From Naegleria gruberi (taxonomy: Eukaryota): a stretch of DNA of 64,000 nt. Where the stretch lies: the NCBI GenBank assembly GCA_000004985.1, contig GG738845.1. One strand, 5' to 3'. The position numbers and the translations under genes are program-made. Below the pieces are notes generated by a model that was not told where the DNA came from, did no database searches, and saw only the letters and a list, made by a program, of their open reading frames with translations. This document shows, piece by piece, positions 1 to 12,112 of this stretch. How positions within the stretch are numbered: the first letter of the stretch is position 1; the number at the start of each line of letters is the position of its first letter.

Positions 1-98
1 TTTTTTTTTCTATAGGTAGTTCGGTTAATTGTTTTAATTCTGGTGATTTTTTCGATTTTACAACGCAAGAAAGTACTTTGGATTAGTAAGGTTTAAAT

Positions 99-2460
99 TT
101 ATGTTTTTCTTGTTCCCTTTCCACTAGAGCCTCGTGAAGCTGTTTTCCTTCCCTTCTTTTTCTCTCTCTTCTTCTTGGGTTGCTCAATTACATCAACATA
201 AACAACAGTGGAAGAAGACTTTGGAAGAGATTTAAGACATTCCTCAATAGGCCTATCCTCAGGCGTTATGATTGCTCTTCTAAGGGTGGAGCTAGGGATG
301 AATACACCCTCCTTAGAAAGCAGTATCTTAATCTTGTCGCATTGATCCATGGCCATATTCTTCTGTAGTGTTGGTGGGCCACCAATTGGTTCGACTTCAA
401 CTTTCTCTGCTGGCTTGACTTCTGTTTTTGGCACGGCACCATCCTTCTTGTTTGGGGTTGATGTCTTTTTAGGATCAGCTTTACCAGTCCTACCAGGTGA
501 AGAAGGAGCTCTTTTCTTCTTAGGGTTGTTCTTTTCTGACTGTTGTTTTGTGAACAAATCGAATACATTGTGAGAAATAACCTTGTACTTGGAAGTTTCT
601 CCAGCTTCTCTTGTCGTAGAACTTGTGAGAGGCCTTACATTACCTGTCGATTCTCTAGTAACAGTTTTATCACTTAATGTCCTTACAGTCTTTCCTCTTC
701 CATAAAGTTGACCTGAAGTAGCAGGTCTAGGATGTGGCACCTCCACAAACTCATTTACAAAGAAGTTACTAAAGGGAGCCTGAGAAGCAAAGTCCACAAT
801 TTTTGGAGTTTGAAAGCCCTTAGGATTTTGTACAGATGGCCCTTGATTACTGTTAGATGTTGTTGCTAACTCATCCCCAGCCTGTTTTGCATGGAATGCA
901 TCTTCAGCACTATATGGAGTAAGGTAACTTGTATTTACATCTGAAAGACTTGAGCTTGTTTCAAGTTCTTCAATCCTAGTTGTTTTGCTAATTTTTGATG
1001 GAGGTTGAGCTCCTTTCTTTGAGCTTGCATCACTGGAAGCACTTTTTGGTCTCCTTTCATCTTCTTCATCACTACTCTCATCCAAAATATTTTCCCTCTT
1101 GATTAGTGTTGGCAGTTTGTAGTTCTTAATTTTATGAACTACTGTCCCTGTTTGAGAAGAAAAGGTTTGGCTTTCCAGTCTTCTCTGTATTTCTTCTTCT
1201 ATTCTTCCTCTATTAACTCTCCATGAATGTACAGCATCTCTAAACTCCATCTCTTCAATCTTTTCCTCTGCTTCCCTTGCTCTGAACATTGTCCAACTTT
1301 TCATTATATTTTCCACACTTCCAGTTCCTCTAACATCCTCAGAATACATTGAAAAAAGATCTCTTTGCGTTTGAATTGGAGGGGCTATCACCTTAGCTGA
1401 AGTATGGCTTCTTTGAGTATCCAAACGAGAAGTTTCTCTTGTTGAAGGTGTTTTCTCCTCAGATATTGTTGTTTCCTTATCATCATATGTACCATTCATT
1501 CTTTCATCGTATGATTTTGCCAAATTTCTTCTGCAATATTGTTTCAACTTGTGATTAATATTGGCCTTTCGTTTCTTTTCCTCACTGGCATAGAAAGGAA
1601 CTTTGGGATCTTTTGAAGGTTTCGATAATACATCGAAAGAGATAACTCTAGGATCCAAAGAATGACCAACATTATTCTTATCCCTTTTTGGTTTTTCTGA
1701 TTGAATTGTTGAAAATGTGTCATCTTCTTCATAGTCAAAGTTTGGTATAAATGGTTGGGAAGATGTGTTCCTAGATGAGGTATCTTGAGTGCTGTGCGTA
1801 GAAAGAGCTGATGGTTGTCTAGAGGAGGTTGTTGTCTGTCCAATATCTAAATGAAGTTGAGATTGAATTGATGAAGGAAGTGCACTCTGATTTCTTGCTG
1901 ATTGTTTAGAGGCAACTTTTCTTTGTTTCATATCCTGTTGTTGGATGGCTAATCTGAATTCCAACAATTTTCTCCTCTTGTCTCTATACCATGAGTAGGC
2001 TTTTTCTATCATTTCCTTTCTGATAAAAACATCACTGTACAAGGAAATACAATCTCTCAATAAGCTCTTCAATTGTCCAGCTACAAATACATAGATCTTA
2101 TCAATAGGTGCCACTCTCTTTAAGAAGGTTAAAATTTACGACATTATAAACTTGCCTTACAATACTCCTCCGAACAAAACTTATTTACATCCTTAATCAT
2201 CTCAAGAAAGTGAGTATCGTTCATAAGGGATTTATCTACTTCAATAAGTGCATTTAGTGAGAAGCTTTTTTCATTACTATTATTACTATCCACAAAAACC
2301 TTGATATCCAACTTGTTGTAGTCTTGGCGATGATCCTTAAAGGTGGTGATGAACCGCTTTTCAGCTTGTTCTCTATTAATTCCATTTCATCGGAAGAAGT
2401 ATTCTTCGTAAAAACGTATCTACGATTTACTTACAGTTTTTCATCAAACCTTTTTTCCAT
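99..2460 (-). CDS. Hypothetical Ser/Thr-rich, basic-tailed protein. Three exons: 2435..2460, 2161..2372 and 99..2113.
   Basis: The long ORF 99..2114 begins at GTG, so it is not a true start. Two upstream exons join it through GTAAGT (62 nt) and GTAAGG (47 nt) introns, and the frames match: MEKRFDEKL-EQAEKRFITTFKDHRQDYNKLDIKVFVDS...EEY-LAPIDKIYVF. I found no recognisable domain. The protein is low-complexity with a KKKREKKKGRK C-terminus. Confidence 0.5.
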
Positions 2461-2579
2461 CTTTTTTTTTTAAGTTCTTGTCGTTAAACATCTCTGCTGT
2501 TGTACGTTTTTACTTCTGCAGGTTTGTGTAACGGTTTTTGCCGCTCTTTTTGTTTTTGTGGATATCAAATTCAAAAAAA
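2461..2579. promoter_or_regulatory. Short divergent intergenic region of about 120 bp between two head-to-head genes, a putative bidirectional promoter.
   Basis: The ATG at 2458-2460 on the minus strand and the RecQ ATG at 2580 on the plus strand face away from each other. A poly-T tract lies at 2461-2470. No specific motif was verified. Confidence 0.3.
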
Positions 2580-5254
2580 ATGTCAAAACGAAAGGCACAC
2601 CTCTTGGAAGCACTCAACCAAAATAATACTAAAGCAAACAATCCTTTTGGATCAATGCCATTTTCAATTAATGGAATGAATACAAGTTTTTTAGGACCAG
2701 TTACACCCATCGGAAATGTGCAATCATCCACAACACACAATGAAGATTCTTCATCTCGTAATAATTTCGTTATTCCAATGATACAGAATAACAAGCGATT
2801 AAAAACAAATAGTACACAAAATAGATTGGCAGGTAAATCTTTTTATCAGGTACAAGAGGAAATGGAAAAGGAACACCAAAAAGAAATCCAAGAGAGGGAA
2901 GAATTAGAAAAGGAAAACAAAACATGGTGTGAAAAATTAGAAAAGAAGGAGGCTCACAAGCCAGCATTCAAATCAGAGCCAAATTTTGTAAAACTAAACA
3001 TGAAGAGGAAGGGTTTCAAATCAAAAAAACGATTTAAACCCTCTGGAGCAAGATTTTCTAACAATTTATCAAAAAAGAATTTTAACAAACTGAACAATAC
3101 TGAAGAAGACCAATCATTAGATCAAGAAATTACAAATGATACTTATTCTGATATTGAAGAGAAGGAATCTACAAACTTCGATGACACCATTTCACTTAAG
3201 TATTCAATGGACGAAATTATTCGATCCAAGGAAAAAGCTGAAGAAATTCTACAAGAGTTCTTCTCTCATGAATCATTTAGACCAGGTCAATTCGAAACAA
3301 TTTCAAGAATTATGAACAACCAATCATCATTGCTTATTTCAGGAACTGGAAGTGGAAAATCTACTTGTTATCAATTTCCTGCGCTCTGCATGACATTAGG
3401 TAAATTAGAATTTGCTATTGTTGTTTCTCCTCTCATATCCTTAATGGAAGATCAGCTGAAAAATCTTATTCCGACCCTACCAGGTTCTATACTTACCAAT
3501 AATCAGTCCAGTCAACAAAAATCTAAAATTATTAATGATATTAGAAAGGGGATCACCAAGATATTATTTATATCACCTGAAAGATTATGCGACCCAAAAT
3601 TTATTGAACAATTAAGGCAACTTCCTAAAATTTCATTTGCATGCATCGATGGTAAGTATTATATTAATAATAGCATGTTTAATAAGGCGTCTAAAAAGAG
3701 GCTCACTGTATGTCTGAATGGTCTCACAACTTTAGACCTTCATATTTAAGCATTAAAAATGTATTGGGGAAGGATTTGGGAGTGACCACTATATTAGCAA
3801 TGACAGGTACTGCTACAAGACACACAGAAGAATCTATTTGTGAATATCTTCATATTGAAAAGGATGGTATTTATAGACAGACTTTAGCGAGACACAACCT
3901 GATAAAGACCATTTCTTTGGGAATTCCAAGCAAGTTTACAGCCGTACTAAACCTTCTAAATAGTGAAAGAATGAGGAATTGCAAAGAGTCCATAATTATT
4001 TATGCAATGCAAAGACGAGATGCAGAGCAGTTATGTAGCCACTTAATTATGAATGGTATTCATGCAATTCCATACCATGCAGGTCTCGACACTTCCAAAA
4101 GAAAAGAAATCCAAAACAAATTTGTAAAAAAGGAAATTAACATTATTGTTGCTACAGTAGCCTTTGGAATGGGAATCAATATTTCAAACGTTCAGGCTGT
4201 CATTCATTTCAATTTACCAAAATCTATAGAAAGTTATATTCAAGAGATTGGTAGAGCTGGTAGAGACGGGTCTCAAGCCCAATGTCACATGCTGTTGGAT
4301 GATGATGACTACCTGTTGATAAGATCATTGTGTTACAGTAACTATGTAGATGTCTTTACTGTGAAAAAACTAATTCAAAAGGTATTTAAAGACAATGAAA
4401 TTGGAACTGTTATTGCAATGGGAATTAAGCAGTTGGAAAAACATTTAGATTTGAAAGAGGAAGTCATCTCAACAATATTAACCCTTTTACAAAGCAAAGG
4501 CTATGTAAAAGTCTTGCCTCAAATGAACCACATATTCACCATTTATTTTATGAAAAGTACACCAGTAGAACTTTCTAAAAAGCATGCATGGATTAAGATT
4601 GCTCTCCAAAATTCCAAATCTACAAAGTTTGAAATTGACATCTCCAAACTCTCAAAAGAAGCCTCCATAACTCTCTCACAATTAGAGATGGAAATTATAG
4701 GATTGAAGGAAATTGGAGAAATCAAATATGAATCAAAATCTGAAGCCTTTTGTTTAGAAGTTGTAAAAGATGTCGATGATATTATTCAAGTGTCTACAAT
4801 AATAACAGAGGAAATGAAATCATTAGAAAAAATCAATGTACACAAATCCAAAGCAATGTATAAACTTGCCAGAGAATTCATTATTTCAGATGAAGAATCT
4901 CAAAAATCTCAACCAAAAAGAAAAACAGGGATGGACGAACTAATAGATAGTTATTTCACAAGCGAAAAGGAAGAGGATTTTCTATCAAGTGAAAATGATA
5001 TTGCAAAAACAGAATTGAAAGGAAATGACAGGATTACAATTCAAGCTGATTGTTTTGTATTATTGAGAAAGTATGAATCAATTCCTAATGCAAAGGTACT
5101 AGCAAAAATACTTACTGGTCTTTCAACTCCAAATTTTAATGTTGAATTTTGGAAGAGTTGTGGAATGTGGGGTAGATATAGAAATGTGGATTTTTATTCT
5201 TTATTAGAAGTTGCCACTGATGTTTTTACCAGACATAAAGTAGAAAACTTGTGA
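2580..5254 (+). CDS. RecQ-family DNA helicase (superfamily 2). Two exons: 2580..3651 and 3699..5254.
   Basis: Walker A is LISGTGSGKSTCYQ. The DEAH box is split by a 47-nt GTAAGT intron at 3652..3698: FACID|G...E AHCMSEWSHNFRPSY, which matches the RecQ motif DEAHCVSQWGHDFRPDY. The helicase C motifs are HAGL...VATVAFGMGIN and IGRAGRDG. It has a long N-terminal basic or coiled-coil region. I saw no clear RQC zinc cysteines. Confidence 0.85.
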
Positions 5255-5311
5255 ATTCCATAAAACAATCATGCAAAATTGCTTTTAAATAAAAAATTGA
5301 ACACTCAAAAA

Positions 5312-5755
5312 ATGTCATCACCAAACACTACTCCTGTTAATAATGTAGTTCGTCTCCCATTCTCTCACGATTCAAAGGGAGAATACAAGCCAGAAAATAT
5401 TGTTTCACAATTAATTCCACAAGCTATGGTTAATAATATTTATACTGATAGATCGGGTCACATGAGTTGCGGAGTTTGGTCATCAACCAAAGGAAAGTGG
5501 TGGTTTGACCAAGGAGATAATGCAGAGGAATTCTGTTGTTTAATTTCTGGTAAAGTAAGACTTGTTGCTGATGGAGAAATCTCGGAAGGTGTTCAAGAAT
5601 TTAGTGCTGGTGATGCTTTCATCATTCCAGTTGGATTCAGAGGTACTTGGGAAACAGTTGAGGATGTAAAGAAGTTTTATTGTGTTTTTGAAAAGAAGGT
5701 TGCCAACTCTAGTGTTGTTCCACACCCAACCTCAAGCACAGAAAGTAAACTCTAA
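5312..5755 (+). CDS. Small cupin-fold protein, cupin_3/DUF861-like.
   Basis: The pattern GVWSSTKGKWWFDQGDNAEEFCCLISGKVRL...GDAFIIPVGFRGTWE is typical of small bacterial and plant-type cupins. It is a single exon. The start was chosen at MSSPNTT. Confidence 0.55.
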   Translation: MSSPNTTPVNNVVRLPFSHDSKGEYKPENIVSQLIPQAMVNNIYTDRSGHMSCGVWSSTKGKWWFDQGDNAEEFCCLISGKVRLVADGEISEGVQEFSAGDAFIIPVGFRGTWETVEDVKKFYCVFEKKVANSSVVPHPTSSTESKL

Positions 5756-5893
5756 TCATCAAACCACACGAATAAAAAGTAGAAACTTCTTCCCGCCTAA
5801 ACCACATTTTCAACTACAAAATTTCCCTCCATTTAAACAGACTGTTTTGCAATTTTAAAAAAAATAGAAAATTGTGTTGTTGTTTCCATCATC

Positions 5894-7066
5894 ATGAGTA
5901 AGGAACAATCACCAACAATGCAAAAAGGACCAACCTTTGATGATATTTTGCAAATGCTCAAAAAATCCTTCATAGAGGAAACAAAAGAGCTTAGAGAGGA
6001 ATTAATGGATTGGAAAGTAAAATGCAAAGAATTGGAAAAGCAAAACAATATTCTTGATTATAGGATCAAAGGATCAAGCAATAGAATATCTGAATTGGAA
6101 AAAAAGCTAGAGGAAACAGAAGAATTGAAAAATTCTACAATGAGAAAATATTATGATTTGAAAAGAGACTATGATGACTTGAACCAATTCAAAACATCAA
6201 TAACACACATGGTTAGCCCAACAAAAGACAAGACAAAGCAATCTATCAATCCAGCTACAAATTTAACTTCTAAATTTTCTTCTCCAGAAGTGAGAAAAAC
6301 AAGTTCATTTGTGTTCAACTCAGAAGATGACCTTTGCACCCCAAGTAATCACTCCAATATAAGTAATATTTCTGTAAGACATGACTCATATGACCCTATC
6401 CTGACAAGTGTGCACCAAAGAAATAAGTATGGATCTGATTCTCCAATAATATTTAACAGAACACCTCAAAAGTCTAGGGATCAAACAGTAAGAAGTAGAA
6501 GTGCAACACTCTCAAATAGAAAGAGAACCTCAATTCTAAAAGATCCATCATCATTTACTTCCAGAGAAAAGAATGTAAAGTTTTCACCAAGTACAAAAAC
6601 TGCTGAGCTAGGAGAAAAAGAAGTGCCAGTGGATACACCATTTTCTGCTCCTCCTACACCACATTCATCGTTTGGAGTTCAATACACTAAGAAGCCAGAT
6701 TTGAAAGAGGAATCCCATGACAAGGTAGTAGCTGATAGATTTGTATCCACACCATCAAGGCGAACCTATTCAAGTCAAGAATCGGCAAATAACTACACAA
6801 AGAATTCTAATCGATTAGCAAGTAGTATTGCAAGTAGCGACTTGGAAGAGATTAGTGCTGATGTAACAGCTCAAGAGTTGTATCTGAGAGTGAAGAAGGC
6901 TCTCTCACCAGATGAGTTTAAGAACTTTAGCACAAATATCAGAAAATTGAACATGGGTGAACAATCCATCACCACAACCCTAGTTAATCTGCGAGAAATT
7001 ATTGGAGAAGAACGTCAGAACTTGTACTCACATCTGAAGAGAGTAATATCTGCTGGAGAAATGTAG
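5894..7066 (+). CDS. Hypothetical protein with an N-terminal coiled coil and a Ser/Thr-rich middle.
   Basis: A single 390-aa ORF with coiled-coil heptads at residues 20-100. I did not recognise any domain. Confidence 0.45.
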   Translation: MSKEQSPTMQKGPTFDDILQMLKKSFIEETKELREELMDWKVKCKELEKQNNILDYRIKGSSNRISELEKKLEETEELKNSTMRKYYDLKRDYDDLNQFKTSITHMVSPTKDKTKQSINPATNLTSKFSSPEVRKTSSFVFNSEDDLCTPSNHSNISNISVRHDSYDPILTSVHQRNKYGSDSPIIFNRTPQKSRDQTVRSRSATLSNRKRTSILKDPSSFTSREKNVKFSPSTKTAELGEKEVPVDTPFSAPPTPHSSFGVQYTKKPDLKEESHDKVVADRFVSTPSRRTYSSQESANNYTKNSNRLASSIASSDLEEISADVTAQELYLRVKKALSPDEFKNFSTNIRKLNMGEQSITTTLVNLREIIGEERQNLYSHLKRVISAGEM

Positions 7067-7214
7067 CAATAAAGGTTAGTTCGATTTTGCAGAAAGTTAG
7101 AAAAATATTAAAATGAATTTTGAATAAAACAGGAAAGATAGTGTTTGGGACAAAATGTCTTTTATTTAGCTTCATTCAGGAGGAATGAGCAGGAAATTCC
7201 TGCAAGCAAACAAT

Positions 7215-7340
7215 TTATTTAGCTCTTTGCTTCATCTGTAAAATATGTAAGAAACAAACTCGATAAATTTAATTATCACTTACCTTCCTTCTCTTTTTCT
7301 TAAGTCTACGCATACGCTTCTTCTTCCACTTTTCACGCAT
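7215..7340 (-). CDS. RPL41: 60S ribosomal protein L41 (eL41), 25 aa. Two exons: 7284..7340 and 7215..7235.
   Basis: The minus strand reads ATG CGT GAA AAG TGG AAG AAG AAG CGT ATG CGT AGA CTT AAG AAA AAG AGA AGG AAG|GTAAGT...TTTTACAG|ATG AAG CAA AGA GCT AAA TAA. This gives [25 protein letters not shown], nearly identical to eukaryotic L41 ([25 protein letters not shown]). The intron is 48 nt. The gene is absent from the ORF track because it is too short. Confidence 0.8.
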
Positions 7341-7856
7341 TGTGAGGTTTTTTTTTTGCGAAAATTACAATTCGTGCCGCAATGCTGCGCTACTTGAATG
7401 TAGAAAAGCTTGTAATTGGTTGGGTGGAGCGTTGACCATAAATTTACAATGAAAACTCTTGCCCTGCATTGTCTAGTGCTAAACTTGTGCTCTCCAACAT
7501 TGTCAAGAAATCAATTTATTTTAATTGGTATTAAGTTAGCAATGACTCTAGTCAACGACATTATGTCATATTGTTTAAATATTGGTATTCACCATATGAG
7601 TTACGAGAGGTATTTTTAGGTTTTTGACTCTTGCAATAAATAATTGTACATCAATTTGAAAATGAATCCCACCATGAAAACCAAAGTAAGCCTTGCTTTG
7701 TCAAAGGAGAAGAAGTGATGTATGATTAAATTGAACCTATGACAAGTTTATTGTTTAATTTTTATGTACATTAGTTCTCTTGTTAATATTTCAATTCTGT
7801 TTGGTTATTATTTACATTATTTTGAAGTGTTCAATTGTATTGGACATTTGGCGTCA

Positions 7857-8480
7857 TTAAATTAGTTGTAATCTTTGATTGGTTTTATCATCAGTCGACT
7901 TATTCCATTTCCATACAATTACTTTGCTTTCTCCTGGGAATGAGCTCCTTTTAGTTCTCTTTTTAGCTGTTGTTGTTGAACTATTATTGCTTCCTCTCCT
8001 TCTACGTTTTGGAGATTTGTCTTTCAAGGATTTAACTTCTTTTTCTGAATTGCTTGCATTATTGTTTTCAAATTCGTTTAAATTTGATTCTTCAGTACTA
8101 CCAATCTCAGATAAAAAACTGAACTCATCTTGAAGTTTTGTTATTTGTCCTTTATCATTACTTGTCGTTATCTGAGCAATGCTGGATGGACTGTCAAGAG
8201 ATGTTAAAAAATCATCCACATCCAACTTTAGAAAAGTTAAATCCTCATCTTCATTTACTTTAAAGTAACTTATGAGGTCTAGAGAGGCAACACTTTGGGA
8301 TGTGGTTGTTGTCAAGTCAGATTTTACATCTTCCTCACAAGTTGGAGGTGATATTACTCCACTATTGTTAGTATTTAATCGTGATAACAGTAATTTTTCA
8401 TTTATGTTGGGTATTGAGTGCAAGTAATCGGCAATGAGTTTGCACTCATAACATCCACAACTCACAAAGTTTGCACTCAT
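7857..8480 (-). CDS. Hypothetical protein with an acidic middle and a basic NLS-like tail (KRRRRGS...KKRTKRS).
   Basis: A 207-aa ORF with no recognised domain. Confidence 0.35.
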   Translation of the reverse strand: MSANFVSCGCYECKLIADYLHSIPNINEKLLLSRLNTNNSGVISPPTCEEDVKSDLTTTTSQSVASLDLISYFKVNEDEDLTFLKLDVDDFLTSLDSPSSIAQITTSNDKGQITKLQDEFSFLSEIGSTEESNLNEFENNNASNSEKEVKSLKDKSPKRRRRGSNNSSTTTAKKRTKRSSFPGESKVIVWKWNKSTDDKTNQRLQLI

Positions 8481-8770
8481 TCTTTTTTATGCAATCTGGA
8501 TTGTCCGTTACCAGAGAACCTACGAGTGTTGGATGATGCACCTTAATAGACCATCGTACACAAGCTTCCTATTCAGTACAGATCAGTACCAACCTTGGCT
8601 GTCTAACCGAACAACTAACATCATGTTATGATCCTAAACAGCGACATCAAATAGTGGAATTTCTAAGGTTTTTCGTTGCATAACTCACTACAATAGGCCA
8701 TGAACATTCAATGTATACAACAATCTTCCAATAAAAAAATAACATTGTAAATGGTTTACAATTAATAGTT

Positions 8771-9910
8771 TTACTTGTTAATTTTTATACCAGAACATTT
8801 TGGAACAGTTCTCTTCATCATATCATACCATGCACCAAGTTGAGGTACTTCCTTGGTCAATTCATTAAAGGTTCTCAAACCTTCAATAGATGTCAAAATA
8901 CCATAGGCAGCAAGATCTGCAAGATCTGGTTTATCACCACCATGGAAACGTCCATTTGGTAAAACAGCTTCATTAATCCACTTTTTACCACAAGAAAAAA
9001 TGGCTTCTCTTTCATCTTCAATACCATACTTTTTCTTCAGTCTCTTGGCTACTGCATACATGGTAAATGAACCTCCATATAAAACTGCTTGCTTTTGGAA
9101 CCAACTGAAACCATTTTGTTCAGAAATGTATTCAAATGCCTCTACGGCTTCTTCATTAGTTCTATAAATGTTTGGAGCAAGAGTATGTACGAAAGTATCA
9201 TCAACCCATTTTCTCCACTTGACAGTATCCTTAGTGTTCATTGTTTTAGTTTCATCGAGAACATCATTCAAGTGAGTAATAATTCTGGAAGAATCGTTCA
9301 ATTGATTATTAATAAGTCCATCAATGACAACTATTGGTACTTTTCTGTAATCTTTGGAAAATTTAATTTCTGATTTGAATAATGGATTGACTTCAATAAT
9401 TTTGTATGGGATTTGATTAAAATCCAAATATGCTCTAACCTTACAACAGAAAGGGCATACTTGATATTGATAGAGAGTAATGTTATATTCATTCTTGTTC
9501 TTTCCTTTGAGAACCTCTCTCAAAATATTCATGTTATCTTCAATTTCATATCTATTGATAGATTCCTCCTCACGAACAGTGCTTTGTGGGGTGACTGGTT
9601 GTTTGACCTCTTCTGCTTTAACTTCGGAATCAGACATTACCATAGAAACACCTGTACCCAATCCAACCAAAGCCAAAACAAGAGCCATCATCTTTTTATC
9701 GATTTTTTGAGATCCACTAGTATTATTATTATTATTGCTTTGATGTTGTTGGAAAAATCCTCTACTCAAATTGAAATTTCGTTGTTGATTAATCACGATA
9801 GAATTAACATTATATTTGGTAGTGAAAGATGTTGTCTTGGTGTTGAATGATACAATACCACGAGCAGAGCAACGTGAGGCAATTCTAGCAAGTGTGGACA
9901 TTTTTTTCAA
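8771..9910 (-). CDS. Prostaglandin E synthase 2-like protein (PTGES2-like), with a glutaredoxin-like and a GST C-terminal-like domain.
   Basis: TLYQYQVCPFCCKVRAYLDFNQIPYKIIEVNP...IKFSKDYRKVPIVV aligns with human PTGES2 [32 protein letters not shown]...IKFSSYRKVPILV. There are also WRKWVDDTFVHTLAPNIYRT and GGDKPDLADLAAYGIL. The N-terminus has a presequence or TM segment. Confidence 0.85.
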   Translation of the reverse strand: MKKMSTLARIASRCSARGIVSFNTKTTSFTTKYNVNSIVINQQRNFNLSRGFFQQHQSNNNNNTSGSQKIDKKMMALVLALVGLGTGVSMVMSDSEVKAEEVKQPVTPQSTVREEESINRYEIEDNMNILREVLKGKNKNEYNITLYQYQVCPFCCKVRAYLDFNQIPYKIIEVNPLFKSEIKFSKDYRKVPIVVIDGLINNQLNDSSRIITHLNDVLDETKTMNTKDTVKWRKWVDDTFVHTLAPNIYRTNEEAVEAFEYISEQNGFSWFQKQAVLYGGSFTMYAVAKRLKKKYGIEDEREAIFSCGKKWINEAVLPNGRFHGGDKPDLADLAAYGILTSIEGLRTFNELTKEVPQLGAWYDMMKRTVPKCSGIKINK

Positions 9911-10014
9911 AAAGTTGGGTTGTGAAAGCTCCGCTATTGTTATTTATCGGACTACTTCAATCAATTTGATTAAATATTTTGTGAATTTCCTCATTTCCTT
10001 TCTGCAAGGTTGGT

Positions 10015-12073
10015 TTATTGATTACTGATTTGTTTACGTTTGAGAGTGACAATTTGTTCCCTTACATTATTATCTTTATCTCGGTGCTTTTCAAATTCGA
10101 TATCTTGATTAAGTTTCTCCTTTTCTTTTGGTGACAGATTGGTATTGTCGAGTCTGGATTGTAAATCTTGATTTACAAGTTGAGAGGTTGATTCAATATA
10201 ACCAAAAATAAGATCCAATTTGGAACTGGTTGGAAGCTCATAACCTAAATACACATCACGTGATTCTTCAAATTTTCTCTTGGCTTTTTCATTCATATTC
10301 ATTTTCAAGTAGGTTTTACCCAATTCCAAGCATAAATCACCAACATCTGGATGGTATTGAGTTGGAAAAGATGCATCATAGGCTTTATAAGAAGCGACAT
10401 AGTGTTTTTCAGCTTCTTCATAATTTTCTTGATTGAAAAAGAATTTACCCTTTAAAGATTCAATAATCACAATTAGTAACATTACTTACAATATTCATCA
10501 ATGCAGTTGCAACAACGTGATTATTTCCTTCCTTAATTGACTTGGCAATAATGTAAGCCTTTTGGTAATAAGCAAGGGCTTCTTCTGGTAAGTTCTTTTG
10601 TTCTGAGATTTTACCCAAACTATTCAAAATGAAGGCAATATCGAATGTAGTATTTGAATCTTGAGATCCAGCAGATTTCATCTTATTGTGGATATCTAAT
10701 GAACGTTTAAGCATATCCTCCGCATTGGAGAAATCCTTCTTATTCAAATATAGTGTTCCTAGTGTGAGATAACATTTACCAGTTTCCAACAGTTTACGAA
10801 TTTGTTCACCATGAGGTAGATCCATTTCAGAGTCGGTCATGGAAAAGACTTCGAGTGCCCTCTTTGTAAATTCTTCAGAGTGGTCAAAGTCCCCCTTTGA
10901 TGCATACAAGACCCCCAAAGAGTATAACAAGCTACCAATCTTTGGATGTTTGCTGCCCAAAACTTTTTCAATAAAAGTGATGGCATTTTGATATAACACT
11001 TCAGCTTTTTCAGACATTTCCAGATATAGCGCACAATTTGCCATATTCAAATAAACATTTCCAATAATTTCAAATGCTTCTTGAGAAATGACATTGTCTG
11101 ATACCTTGTCAAAATGGTGTTGATATTGGACAGCTCTACTGAAAGTAACGTAGGCATCTTCATATTCTTTCAAACGATATTGAACAGTTCCCAAATTATC
11201 TAATGATTTTAACAAATCAATTGGCACAAATTCTAATTCTCTAATATTTGATTTTGGCATAGTTGATTTGTATTTGAGATATTCAGCAGACTCTTTGATT
11301 GGAGCATCTTTGATTTCCATAAATGGCTTTGAAATATTTTTTGCTTTTTCATAATCATTTCTTATTTCTCGTTCTTCTTTTTGGTAGATTGGATTTAATG
11401 TTTGTTCGAATAACTTGACAGACTTTTGGAATGTTTTTTTGGCATCTGTTAAATTACCTTGTTTCATTGCAATCTCCCCCAAATAATTCCATTCTGATGA
11501 CAGGTCAAATGTTAACTCTTTTGATTTTTTTTCCAAAAATGATGTAGTCTTGATTCTGATACATTCAGATTGATATTGATAAGCTGGTTTTAACTTGTCA
11601 ACAGCTACATTTATGACACTCAATTTATGGTATGCATTACCAAGTGCAAGAGTAGATTTACCATATAATTTACTACTTAATTCAATATATTTAAGTGTCA
11701 TATTTTCTGCTTTTTCATATCTATAAATTTTGCAATATAGATCGCTAACTTCTTCATAAATTTCGCAAAGTTTCTTTTCTTCCATATTACTTTCGTTATA
11801 TTGTAATAACTCTTCGATTTCATAAATACGTTCTTCAATTTGTTTAACATTTTTTGGAGCATACTTTTCTGCTTCTAAAACAATTGCTGTGATAGGATCG
11901 ATATTTAATTTTGACAATTTTGTGGAAAAAAATTTGCAATTATTATTACTATTACTTTTGAGCGAGAATTGATAGATAGAAGCAAGATTAAACTTTACGG
12001 AAGACTTGGTTTGTTGTACCAAGGTTCTGCGCAAGAGTGGTGATGTGGTGATGTTTTTGAGCAGATGACTCAT
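10015..12073 (-). CDS. Tetratricopeptide (TPR) repeat protein. Two exons joined by a 40-nt intron at 10450..10489.
   Basis: The ORFs 10460..12073 and 10015..10482 join through ...MNI|GTAAGTAATGTTACTAATTG...CTTTAAAG|GKFFFNQENYEEAEKHYVASY. It contains multiple TPR-like helices (AxxxYxxA, LGxxY patterns). Confidence 0.7.
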
Positions 12074-12112
12074 TTTTTCTTTTGATTCAAAATTAAAATA
12101 TTTTTAAATTTA

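Noticed and set aside
7416-7700. Small ORF 7416..7619 (MKTLALHCLVLNLCSP...) and the nearby MNPTMKTK ORF as a possible secreted-peptide gene.
   Set aside because: There is a signal-peptide-like start but no convincing splice structure or conserved motif. The region sits in the RPL41 3' flank and the composition is intergenic-like. I left it unannotated.
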